Assembly (NCBI GenBank): GCA_036149055.1
Contig: JAYZQJ010000191.1
Coordinates: forward strand, 11,716-43,715
Direction: 5' to 3'
From: Myxococcota bacterium
Lineage (GTDB): Bacteria > Myxococcota_A > Polyangia > Polyangiales > Sandaracinaceae
DNA length: 32,000 bases
Shown: piece after piece, positions 18,077-26,631 of the stretch
Layout: each line of letters opens with the position of its first letter
Position numbering within the stretch: the first letter of the stretch is position 1
The notes under the pieces: generated by a model
Database searches by the model: none
What the model saw: the letters and a program-made list of their open reading frames with translations, nothing else
What the model was told of the DNA's origin: nothing
Position numbers and translations under genes: made by a program

Positions 18077-19677
18077 TCGAGACGTTCGACTACGTCGTGG
18101 TCGGCGGGGGCTCCGCCGGCTGCATCGTCGCGGCCGAGCTGAGCGAGGATCCGCGCGTCCGGGTGCTGCTCCTCGAGCGCGGGGACGACGCGCAGGAGCA
18201 CCCCGAGACGCTCCGCGCCGACGGCTACAAGGACGCGTTCGCGAACGACGCGCTCGTGCTCGAGCGCTTCAGCGTGCACGCCGATCGCTGGGGTGACCGC
18301 CGGCTCTTCATGGGCTCGGGGCACGGCCTCGGCGGCAGCGGCAACATTAACGGCATGGTCTACACCCGCGGCGCAAAGGTCGACTACGACGCCTTCCCCG
18401 AGGGCTGGCGCTGGGCCGACGTGGTGCCCGACTTCGAGCGCATCGAGGCGCAGCTCCGCCCGCGCCCCCGCGCGGCGACGGCCTTCACCGAGGTCTGCCT
18501 CGACGCGGCCGAGGAGGCGGGCTTCGCGCGCTCGAAGGACCTGAACGACGGCGACCTCGGCGGGGTGCTCGGCTACGAGCACATGAACTACGAGGGTGAC
18601 GACCGGCGCAGCAGCTACGTCGCCTTCCTCCTGCCCGCGCTCGACCGCGGCAACCTCGTGGTCCGCACCAACGCGAAGGTCGAGCGCCTCACCGTCGACG
18701 AGCGGGGCGTCACCGGCGTGCGCTACGCCTGGGACGGCGGCGACCACGAGGCGCGGGCGGTCCGCGAGGTGGCGATGTGCGCCGGCGCCCTCGAGACGCC
18801 GCGCCTGCTGATGCTCTCGGGCATCGGGCCGAGCGGCGCGCTCCGGCACGTGGGCCTGCCCGCGGTGCACGAGGTGCCCGGGGTGGGCGAGAACCTCCAC
18901 GACCACCCGAACGTGAGCCTCTTCTTCCGCGGTCAGCGCGAGGTCGACTGCAACTACCCGCAGCTCTACGGCTTCCACCGCGCGAACGAGGCGACCGACC
19001 TGCCCGAGGGCGCGAGCGACACCTGCTACGTCTTCTACCCGGCCCGCAGCTCGCTCAAGGAAGCGATGATGCGCATGCTGCCGACGCTGGTGCTGCCGGA
19101 GCCGCTCTACGATCTGCCCGCGATGCCCAAGCTGGTGCGCGGCGGCGTGCGCCTCGCCTTCGGGCCGCGCGCGATGCGAGAGGCGGTCAAGCGCGTCTAC
19201 GGCATCGTCGTCATCCTCGGCAAGCCCAAGAGCCGCGGCCGGCTCCGGCTCACCGCCTCGAGCCCGAGCGCCCCGGCGGCGATCGACCCGGGCTACTTCG
19301 CCGACCCCGAGGACATGGAGACGATGATCCGCGGCGTCGAGCGCGCCCGCCGCATCGCCCGCGCGCAGCCGCTCCGGTCGTGGGGCAACACGGAGCTCTT
19401 CCCCGGCCTGCTCGGGCGCTCGCGCGACGCGATCGAGGGCTGGATCCGGCAGAACGTGATGACCACGTATCACTACGCCGGCACCTGCGCGATGGGCGAC
19501 AACGGCGCGAGCGTGTGCGATCCGCGCCTCCGGGTGCGGGGCGTGCGCGGCCTCCGGATCGCCGACGCCTCGGCCATCCCGTTCACGCCGGTCTCGGCCC
19601 TCAACGCCCCCTCCATGCTGGTCGGCCACCGCGCCGCCCGCTTCATGCGCGAAGAGTCCCCAAGCGTGGACGCCTGA
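18073..19677 (+). CDS. GMC-family FAD oxidoreductase (choline dehydrogenase / alcohol oxidase-like)
   Basis: This is the real part of track ORF 16936-19677. Its ATG overlaps the ALDH stop (ATGA at 18073-18076). Motifs present: DYVVVGGGSAGCIVAAELSED...LLLERG, GGSGNINGMVYTRG, LMLSGIGP, YHYAGTCAMG (active-site His), IADASAIP. Confidence 0.92.
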   Translation: MIETFDYVVVGGGSAGCIVAAELSEDPRVRVLLLERGDDAQEHPETLRADGYKDAFANDALVLERFSVHADRWGDRRLFMGSGHGLGGSGNINGMVYTRGAKVDYDAFPEGWRWADVVPDFERIEAQLRPRPRAATAFTEVCLDAAEEAGFARSKDLNDGDLGGVLGYEHMNYEGDDRRSSYVAFLLPALDRGNLVVRTNAKVERLTVDERGVTGVRYAWDGGDHEARAVREVAMCAGALETPRLLMLSGIGPSGALRHVGLPAVHEVPGVGENLHDHPNVSLFFRGQREVDCNYPQLYGFHRANEATDLPEGASDTCYVFYPARSSLKEAMMRMLPTLVLPEPLYDLPAMPKLVRGGVRLAFGPRAMREAVKRVYGIVVILGKPKSRGRLRLTASSPSAPAAIDPGYFADPEDMETMIRGVERARRIARAQPLRSWGNTELFPGLLGRSRDAIEGWIRQNVMTTYHYAGTCAMGDNGASVCDPRLRVRGVRGLRIADASAIPFTPVSALNAPSMLVGHRAARFMREESPSVDA

Positions 19678-19695
19678 AACCGCACCATCGGGCCT

Positions 19696-21387
19696 ATGCT
19701 CCCAGTACGGGGAGAGGCCGTGGGGGTAGAGGACGGAGTCGCGACATCCTGGAGAGAGCCCGCCCTTCGGCGCGCGATCGACTGGGTGCTCGCGCTCGGC
19801 TCGCTCGTCGCGCTGATGACGGCGGGCCTCGTCTGGGCTCAGGACCCGGCGGGGCTGCTCGCGCCTCCGTACCTCGCGATGATGCTCGCGTTCGGTGGCG
19901 TGCTGCTCGCGCGTCTCGGGCGCCTCTCGTTCTCCGCTCGGGCCCGGGTCTTCTCCGCGTCCATCGTGCTGATGGGCGGGCTGGCGCTGCTCAACTTCGG
20001 CCTCGCGCCGGGGCCCTTCGTGGCCCTGGCCCTGGCCTCGGTCACCGCGGGCGCCTTCCTCGGGAGGCTCGCGCTCGGGGTGACGCTCGCCGGCGGGACC
20101 CTCTCGGTGATCGCGGCGGGCTGGCTCGTCACCCGCGGGCACGTCGCGCCGGTCAGCGCCTCGTTCGTCGCGGGCGACATGCAGCACTGGGTCCGGGCCG
20201 CGGTCGAGTACGCGCTCTTCGGCGGCAGCGTCGCCGCGGTCCTCATGCAGCTCGTCGTGCAGCTCGAGCGGCGCGAGGTCGCCAAGGCGCGCGCGCAGCG
20301 GCTCGAGGCTCTCGGGCGATTGGCCGGCGGGGTCGCCCACGACTTCAACAACGCGCTCCAGGTGATCTTCGTCTGGCGCGAGCTGCTCGCCGAGCACGAC
20401 GACGACGAGGTGCGGGAGGCGATGGAGGAGATCCACGCCTCGGCCGAGCAGGCGAGCCGCCTCACCGCGCAGCTCCTCGCCTTCGGCCGTCGCGACGTGT
20501 GGACGCCCCGCGCGCTGACGCTCGCCGAGGAGGTCTCGCGCTGGAGCGGCTCGGTGCGGCGGCTGCTCCCCGAGGACGTCGCGCTGGAGGTCCGGACCAC
20601 GGCCTCCCCGACCGTGATGTGCGACCCCGGGCAGCTCGAGCAGATCCTGCTCAACCTCGTGGTCAACGCCCGTGACGCGATGCGGGGCGGCGGACGCGTC
20701 CTCATCGCGCTCGACGAGGTGGACGCCGACGAGGTCCCGGGGCGCGCGCTGCCGGCGGCGCGGATCGCGCGGCTGAGGGTCGAAGACGACGGCCCCGGCA
20801 TGCCCGAGGACGTGCGTCAGCGGGTGTTCGAGCCGTTCTTCACCACCAAGGACGAGCTGGGCACCGGGCTCGGCCTGTCGATCGTCTACGCGGCGGTGCA
20901 GCGCGCGGGCGGCGCGGTGAGCGTCAGCTCCACGCCGGGCGAGGGGACGACCTTCTCGGTGTTCCTCCCGTGCGTCGCCGCGGAGGTGAGCGAGGAGGCG
21001 GAGAGGGCCTCGCGCCCGGCGCCGCACACGCACGAGGGCGTCGTCCTGCTCGCCGAGGACGAGGCCAACATTCGCAGGAGCCTCGCCGGCTGTCTGCGCG
21101 ACGCCGGCTACACGGTGCTCGAGGCGGAGGACGGCGACCGCGCGATGGCCCAGGTGGAGTCGCACGACGGGCCGATCGACGTGCTCTGCACCGACGGCGT
21201 GATGCCCGGCGTGTCCACCCACAGCGTCATCCACCGCTACCTGGAGCTGCACCCGGAGGGGCGCGTCCTGATCTGCTCCGGACACGTCGACGAGGAGCTG
21301 GTCCGGCGGGATCTCGACGGGGATCACCTCGAGCTGCTCCCCAAGCCCTTCGCGCCCAGCGAGCTCTTGAGGCGGCTGCGCGGTTGA
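19696..21387 (+). CDS. Hybrid sensor histidine kinase (multi-TM N-terminus, HisKA, HATPase_c, C-terminal REC)
   Basis: The N-terminal 190 aa or so are hydrophobic (5-6 TM) with no sizeable periplasmic loop. Kinase motifs: H-box GGVAHDFNNALQ, N-box LLNLVVNARDAM, G1 EDDGPGM, G2 GTGLGLS. REC motifs: VLLAEDE, LCTDGVMPG, PKPF. The first codons have low GC3, so GTG 19720 (after GGGGAG) is an alternative start. Confidence 0.88.
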   Translation: MLPVRGEAVGVEDGVATSWREPALRRAIDWVLALGSLVALMTAGLVWAQDPAGLLAPPYLAMMLAFGGVLLARLGRLSFSARARVFSASIVLMGGLALLNFGLAPGPFVALALASVTAGAFLGRLALGVTLAGGTLSVIAAGWLVTRGHVAPVSASFVAGDMQHWVRAAVEYALFGGSVAAVLMQLVVQLERREVAKARAQRLEALGRLAGGVAHDFNNALQVIFVWRELLAEHDDDEVREAMEEIHASAEQASRLTAQLLAFGRRDVWTPRALTLAEEVSRWSGSVRRLLPEDVALEVRTTASPTVMCDPGQLEQILLNLVVNARDAMRGGGRVLIALDEVDADEVPGRALPAARIARLRVEDDGPGMPEDVRQRVFEPFFTTKDELGTGLGLSIVYAAVQRAGGAVSVSSTPGEGTTFSVFLPCVAAEVSEEAERASRPAPHTHEGVVLLAEDEANIRRSLAGCLRDAGYTVLEAEDGDRAMAQVESHDGPIDVLCTDGVMPGVSTHSVIHRYLELHPEGRVLICSGHVDEELVRRDLDGDHLELLPKPFAPSELLRRLRG

Positions 21388-21390
21388 TCG

Positions 21391-22833
21391 ATGCTCCGGG
21401 CGCCCGTGCGCATCGTCTGCATCGCCCTCCTGCTCGTCGCCTGTGGACCCTCGCGACCTCCGCTGACCCCGGAGACGCGCGCCGCCTATCACGACCTGCG
21501 CGTGTCCCCCGAGCGCTGCCGCGAGCCGGCGACCCCGGTGACCCGCGCCCAGGCGGTGCGCGACCTCGGGGTGCTCGAGCGGGTGCTGACCCGCGGCTAC
21601 GCGGGCTACGGCCTCCACCCGCCCGAGCGGGTCGGCCGCGCCATCGCCGAGGCGCGCGCGTCGCTCCCCGACCAGACCCTGCCGCCGCGCGCCTTCCGGG
21701 AGCACGTGTTCCGTCACGTCGCCTTCCTCGACGACAACCACGTCGGGCTCTGGTTCTACGACGACGAGGGCCGTCACTTCCGGGCCACCAGCGAGCACCG
21801 GCAGGCCTACGTCGCCGACGCCCGGCTCACCCGGACCGACGCAGGCTTCGTCGACGCCGAGGGCCGGCGCCTCCTCGGCTGCGGAGACCACGCGCCCGCC
21901 TCGATCCTCCGCCCGGTCGCCGCGCCCCCCGCGATCACCTGGGCGCCGATCCTGCTCTCGCCGCTGCCGATCGAGTCGATCTCGTGCGCTCTCTCGGGCG
22001 ACGTCGAGGTGACCTACCCGCTGCGCCGGCTCTCGCTCGGCCGCGGCGGCGGCGCGCCCTACGAGCGCCTCGAGGCCCCGTTCCCGTGGCTGCGCGTGCG
22101 CACGCTGGCCTACAGCCGGCGAGGCGCGCTCGAGGAGTTCGTCGCCAGCGCGACCGAGGTGCGCGACGCCCCGGTCGTCGTGCTCGATCTCCGCCGGGCG
22201 GGCGGCGGCAGCGATCGTTTCCTCGTGCGCTGGTTCCGCGACCTGACCTCGGCGGACCTCTCGTACTGGGCGGTCGAGGACGTGCGGAGCGAGGTCAACC
22301 TCCAGGGCGCGCTCAACTTCTGGGGCTGCGTGCGCTCCTTCAGCGGGGCGGACGCGGGCGGCCGCGAGTGGCTCGACGCGCGGGTCGGGCGGGCCGAGCG
22401 CGAGCTCGACGAGGCGATGCGCCAGCGCGGCCCCTTCCGCGACGTCCTGCCGGATCGCGTGACCCTCGACGGCCGGGCGCCGGGCCCGTTCGGCGGCCGG
22501 CTCATCGTGCTCGTCGACCGCGGCTGCGCGAGCGCCTGCGAGACCAGCGTGATGCTCGCCCGCCAGATCCCCGGCGCGATCGTCGTCGGCGAGAACACCG
22601 AGGGCACGATGAAGGTCGGCGAGCTCCGCTGGTACCGCCTGCCCGAGAGCGGCCTCTGGCTCAGCGCCGGCACCCGCGTCCACCGCGACCCCAACCCGAA
22701 CGGCGGCTTCGCCGAGGGCCGCGGCTTCCTCCCCGATCTCTGGCTCGACGGCCGCGACGTCGACGGCACCGTGCGCGCCCTCGCCGAGTGCCTGACCGGG
22801 CCCGAGCCCGAGGCCTGCGTCCCGGCCCGATGA
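21391..22833 (+). CDS. Lipoprotein with peptidase S41 (tail-specific protease)-like domain
   Basis: It begins MLRAPVRIVCIALLLVA|CG (lipobox). VVLDLRRAGGGS and LIVLVDRGCASACETS resemble the S41 core (VLVD..SASASE). It starts 3 nt after the kinase stop. Confidence 0.75.
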   Translation: MLRAPVRIVCIALLLVACGPSRPPLTPETRAAYHDLRVSPERCREPATPVTRAQAVRDLGVLERVLTRGYAGYGLHPPERVGRAIAEARASLPDQTLPPRAFREHVFRHVAFLDDNHVGLWFYDDEGRHFRATSEHRQAYVADARLTRTDAGFVDAEGRRLLGCGDHAPASILRPVAAPPAITWAPILLSPLPIESISCALSGDVEVTYPLRRLSLGRGGGAPYERLEAPFPWLRVRTLAYSRRGALEEFVASATEVRDAPVVVLDLRRAGGGSDRFLVRWFRDLTSADLSYWAVEDVRSEVNLQGALNFWGCVRSFSGADAGGREWLDARVGRAERELDEAMRQRGPFRDVLPDRVTLDGRAPGPFGGRLIVLVDRGCASACETSVMLARQIPGAIVVGENTEGTMKVGELRWYRLPESGLWLSAGTRVHRDPNPNGGFAEGRGFLPDLWLDGRDVDGTVRALAECLTGPEPEACVPAR

Positions 22834-22836
22834 GCG

Positions 22837-23802
22837 TCAGCGCCGGGCGTCGACCGCGAGGGTGGCGCCCGGGTCGGGACGCGCGCGTCCGGAGGCCCAA
22901 GGGGACGGGGTCACCATTCGGCGCAGCGCCTCCTCGATGACCGGGTTCCAGCTGATCCAGGAGTGGTTCCCGTCGTACTCGAGGTGCTCGTGCGGGACCT
23001 CGTTCTCCTCGAGGTGCGCGACGAAGCGCCGGGAGGTGTCCGCGATCGGGCCGCGGTCGGCGTCGCCCCAGGCGACCATCAGGCGCATGCCCTCGAGCGC
23101 GTCCGCGTCGCTCCAGCGGAGGAACGGGTCGTCGGCGCGCACCCGCGCGCGGGCCTCCTCGCCGTGGGTCGGGCCGAAGATGCGGTCCATCGGGATCATC
23201 GGTTGGAAGAGCGGGTTGCGCGCGAGGTTGATCATCTGCTCGGTGTCGAGCACCGGGGCGCTGATCATCGTCGCGCTCGCCCAGTCGTGGTGCAGCGCGA
23301 AGCGGATGGTGCCGGAGCCGCCCATCGAGACGCCCATGACGTGACACCAGTCCGGGCAGGGCAGGGTCTCGTAGTCGAAGGCGACGCGCGGCACGACCTC
23401 CCGCATGACCCAGTCCTCGTAGCCCGCGGACCCGTCGTACCAGTTCGCCCAGAAGCCGAGCTCGCCCTGCGGCATGACCATCACCACCCGAGGGATGCGC
23501 CCCGCGCGCGTGGCCTCGTCGAGCCGGGCGCTGAGCCCGTGGCGATCGAAGCTCGCCTCGTCGTCGCCCCCGCCGTGCAGGAAGACCACCAGCGGCAGCC
23601 GCTCGCCCCGCACGTAGCCGGGCGGCGTGTAGACCGCGTAGCGCATCGCGCGGCCGTTCATCGCTCGGCTCGAGAGCTCTCCATACGAAAGGCGCCGCTC
23701 GAAGCCCTGCCCACCGCAGGCCATCAGGAGCGCGAGCGCCAGCCCGACTCGAATGACGTTCCCCACAGGGGCCAGGTAGATCCAGGAGCCCCGGGCCGCC
23801 AA
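22837..23802 (-). CDS. Esterase-family alpha/beta hydrolase lipoprotein (esterase D / putative esterase type)
   Basis: Motifs present: LALALLMA|CGG lipobox, PLVVFLHGGGDD, and nucleophile elbow GVSMGG. The actual start may be GTG 23766 (MGNVIRVGLALALLMAC). Confidence 0.82.
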   Translation of the reverse strand: MAARGSWIYLAPVGNVIRVGLALALLMACGGQGFERRLSYGELSSRAMNGRAMRYAVYTPPGYVRGERLPLVVFLHGGGDDEASFDRHGLSARLDEATRAGRIPRVVMVMPQGELGFWANWYDGSAGYEDWVMREVVPRVAFDYETLPCPDWCHVMGVSMGGSGTIRFALHHDWASATMISAPVLDTEQMINLARNPLFQPMIPMDRIFGPTHGEEARARVRADDPFLRWSDADALEGMRLMVAWGDADRGPIADTSRRFVAHLEENEVPHEHLEYDGNHSWISWNPVIEEALRRMVTPSPWASGRARPDPGATLAVDARR

Positions 23803-23826
23803 TCGGTCGGGGCTCCCGGGGCGCGG

Positions 23827-24114
23827 TCAGAGCCAGCCCTGCTCCTGGCTCGTGATCGCGAACGTGACCTCCACGTCGCGGCCCTCTTCGTTCCGGAAGC
23901 GCACGGCCACCGTCTCGGCGTCCGCGTCGACCTCGACCTCGAGGTCGCCGTCCACCGCCTCGCCGCCGAAGGCCGCCACCGCCGCGCTCGAGACGTAGGT
24001 GTTCGAGCGCAGGGTCACGGGGCCGTCATCGCAGGCCCCCTGCGTGATGCAGCCCGTCGCGCCGATCACGCCGCCGGTCAGCAGCCCGAGGATCACTCCG
24101 GTCCAGCGCCTCAT
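23827..24114 (-). CDS. Small lipoprotein (95 aa), unknown function
   Basis: It begins MRRWTGVILGLLTGGVIGATG|C (lipobox). GC3 is high. Its ATG overlaps the stop of the upstream gene (ATGA at 24111-24114 on the minus strand). Confidence 0.65.
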   Translation of the reverse strand: MRRWTGVILGLLTGGVIGATGCITQGACDDGPVTLRSNTYVSSAAVAAFGGEAVDGDLEVEVDADAETVAVRFRNEEGRDVEVTFAITSQEQGWL

Positions 24115-24389
24115 CGCGCCACCTCCTCGATCCAGATGTCGTCGAGCGCATCGTCGGCGTCCGGGTCGAGCGCCGCCTGGCCGTAGTCGGCCTGCCGCAG
24201 CACCGGAGCCGCGGGGGCGACGGCCTCGGGATCCTCCGCCCGCACGTTGCCGTCGTAGATCACCGAGACCACCTCGAGCGAGGCGTTGACGGAGGGAGGC
24301 CTGCAGGAGAGCGCGTCGGCGACGCCGGCGGCACCCATTGGCACGCCGAGCAAGGCTGAAAACACGAACAAAACGAGATGTCTAGGCAT
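24111..24389 (-). CDS. Small secreted protein (92 aa), unknown function
   Basis: This is the C-terminal, real part of track ORF 24111-26909. It starts at ATG 24389, preceded by GGAG (rc of 24396-24399, 6 nt upstream). The N-terminus MPRHLVLFVFSALLGVPMGAAGVADA looks like a signal peptide. Confidence 0.55.
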   Translation of the reverse strand: MPRHLVLFVFSALLGVPMGAAGVADALSCRPPSVNASLEVVSVIYDGNVRAEDPEAVAPAAPVLRQADYGQAALDPDADDALDDIWIEEVAR

Positions 24390-24445
24390 GGTCGTCTCCG
24401 CTTGCAGAGATCGGGCCATGCCGGGAGGCCGCGTCCGCTCGCTCG

Positions 24446-26083
24446 CTACCGGGCGGTCTCGGCCAGCCGCTGCTTCTCGGCCGCGCGGATGAAGCCGGCG
24501 AAGAAGAGGGCGATGAGCGGGCCGGCGAGGGTGGTCGCGAAGACGATCGTCCAGAGCAGCTCGGTGTTCTTCGGGCCGCTCTCCGGGCAGTAGGCGCCGA
24601 TGAGGAAGCCGCTCATGACGCCGACGAGCGGCTTGGCCGCGAACATCGGGAGCTGGGTGAGGCCCATGTAGCTGGCCTCGCGGCCGGGGGGCGCCATCAC
24701 CGCGACGTACTCGTAGAGCCGTGGTGACCAGAGCGCCTCGCCGAAGCTCAGGACCACGATGAAGGCGATCGGGCCCGCCACCCGGTAGTCCACGCCGTCG
24801 CCGAGGAGAGGGCCGAGCCACGCCTCCGCCAGGCCTTCGATGGGGTGCTGCACGACCATGCAGAGGACCGACGCGGCGGTGATGAAGGAGCCGGTCATGA
24901 TCACCGACCACGCGCTGTAGCGGCTCGTCATCGAGCCGATGATCGGCGTGATGGTCATGATCAGGAGCGGGTTGAGGGACCAGTAGGCGGCCTGAGGCGT
25001 GTCCTCGCCGAACTCGCGGATCATGTAGGTCGGCCAGGTGGAGTGGGCGTGCACGAAGATGGCGCGCACCAGGACGAGCACGCAGATGAACAGGAGGTAG
25101 GCCCAGAAGGTCTTCTCCTTGAAGAGCCCGACGCCGATCTTGGCCGCCTGGTTCAGCACCGCCCGGGCGCCGGTGCCGCCGCCGGGGAGCGCCGGCTTGG
25201 TCTCGGTGCGGAGCGTGCGCAGGAGGAGCAGCGAGATCACCGCGAGCCCGGCGGCGACCGCGAAGATCATCTCGTAGCCGCTCAGCCCGAAGGGGGCCGC
25301 GGGGAGCGCGCGCCCGGCGGCCTCGGCTTCGGCGGCGGCGCGGATGAGCTCGAGGTCGGCCTCGGTCCAGTGATCGAAGCTCCGGCCGCCGGTGATCATG
25401 CGCCCGAACGCGCGCACCGCGCCGTCGACCTGCTCGACCTCGGGGCCGGCGGGGAACTGGGGCGTGAGCGACTCGGTGAGGGCGGCGCGCGCCGTCTCGG
25501 GGGCCGGGCCGACGCCGCCGTCCATCAGCTCGCCCGGACGGATCACCCGGCCGAGGAGCGAGATGCGCAGCCAGCTCACCACGTGGTTGGCGATGAAGGC
25601 GCCGAGGTTCATGACCACGTAGAAGATCGAGTAGGCGAAGGCGCGGATCTTGGTGGGCGCGTGGGTCTTGATGGCGGCCGTCATGACCGGCTTCATCGAG
25701 GCCACCGCCCAGGCGCTGATGATCAGCCCGGCGAGCGGGATCGCCGCGACCTCGGAGCCCAGCAGCATCGCGCGGCCGATCACGGCGGTGAGCGCGGCGA
25801 TGATGAGGGCCTTCCGCTGGCCCATCGCGTCGGCGACGAAGCCGGCGAGGAAGGTCAGGAGCGAGACCACCGTGCCCCAGGTCCCGAAGATGAGGCCGCT
25901 CACCTCGTCGGAGAACCGGAGGTCGTCGTGGAGGTAGAGGATCAGGACCGCGAGGACCGCGAAGTAGGAGATGCTCTCCAGGAGCTTCACCGCGTAGATG
26001 ATCCAGAGGTCGCGGGGCGCGCCGAGCAGCCCGCGGAAGTCCTCGGCCATCCCTCGCATCAGGGGACGCTTCGCTTCGGCCAT
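24446..26083 (-). CDS. MFS transporter, proton-dependent oligopeptide transporter (POT/PTR2) family
   Basis: It has about 12-14 TM segments. POT-like motifs: FLAGFVADAMGQRKALIIAA (GxxxADxxxGxxKxI) and IFYVVMNLGAFIA (FYxxINxG). I chose the start at ATG 26083 (MAEAKRPL...) because the upstream 61 codons of the track ORF are Arg/Ser-rich and overlap the divergent gene. Confidence 0.85.
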   Translation of the reverse strand: MAEAKRPLMRGMAEDFRGLLGAPRDLWIIYAVKLLESISYFAVLAVLILYLHDDLRFSDEVSGLIFGTWGTVVSLLTFLAGFVADAMGQRKALIIAALTAVIGRAMLLGSEVAAIPLAGLIISAWAVASMKPVMTAAIKTHAPTKIRAFAYSIFYVVMNLGAFIANHVVSWLRISLLGRVIRPGELMDGGVGPAPETARAALTESLTPQFPAGPEVEQVDGAVRAFGRMITGGRSFDHWTEADLELIRAAAEAEAAGRALPAAPFGLSGYEMIFAVAAGLAVISLLLLRTLRTETKPALPGGGTGARAVLNQAAKIGVGLFKEKTFWAYLLFICVLVLVRAIFVHAHSTWPTYMIREFGEDTPQAAYWSLNPLLIMTITPIIGSMTSRYSAWSVIMTGSFITAASVLCMVVQHPIEGLAEAWLGPLLGDGVDYRVAGPIAFIVVLSFGEALWSPRLYEYVAVMAPPGREASYMGLTQLPMFAAKPLVGVMSGFLIGAYCPESGPKNTELLWTIVFATTLAGPLIALFFAGFIRAAEKQRLAETAR

Positions 26084-26132
26084 GCGCGCGGGACCATAGT
26101 GCGCGCGGGGAGGGCGATCTACCCTCCGCCCG

Positions 26133-26612
26133 ATGACCAAGGCGGAGATCGTGGCCGCGGCGAGGGCGCAGATCCAGCGGGATCTCGGCCGGATGCGCGG
26201 CTGGGCGGAGGAGACCCGGCGAGCGGCGACCCACGAGGAGGCGCGGCCCGAGAACGACAAGGACACCCGGGGCCTCGAGCAGAGCTACCTCGCGCGCGGC
26301 CAGGCCATGCGCGCCGAGGAGCTGGCCGAGGCCGACGAGCGCCTCCGCTTCCTGACGCTGCGGAGCTACCGCCCCGACGACCCCATCGGCCTCGCCGCGC
26401 TGGTGAAGGTGGAGGTCGACGAGGAGCCTCGCACCTACTTCCTCGCGCCGGTCGGCGGCGGCATCGAGGTCGAGCTCGACGGTGAGCGCGTGCAGCTCGT
26501 CACCCCCGCCTCCCCCCTCGGCCGCGCCCTGGTCGACAAACACGTCGACGACGAGTTCGAGCTCCGCCTCGCCGGCCGCGTCCGCGAGGTGATCGTCACC
26601 GATCTCGAATAG
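26133..26612 (+). CDS. GreA/GreB-family transcription elongation factor-like protein
   Basis: The 159-aa product has an N-terminal coiled-coil-like region. The C-terminal motif VQLVTPASPLGRALVDKHVDDEFEL is typical of the GreA/Rnk C-terminal domain. Confidence 0.75.
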   Translation: MTKAEIVAAARAQIQRDLGRMRGWAEETRRAATHEEARPENDKDTRGLEQSYLARGQAMRAEELAEADERLRFLTLRSYRPDDPIGLAALVKVEVDEEPRTYFLAPVGGGIEVELDGERVQLVTPASPLGRALVDKHVDDEFELRLAGRVREVIVTDLE

Positions 26613-26631
26613 CCGGTCTCCATTCGGGGGC

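Noticed and set aside
26109-26127. A GGAGGG/CCCTCC hairpin in the 49-bp POT/greA-like divergent spacer.
   Set aside because: It is only a 6-bp stem, common by chance in GC-rich DNA. No functional inference is possible.
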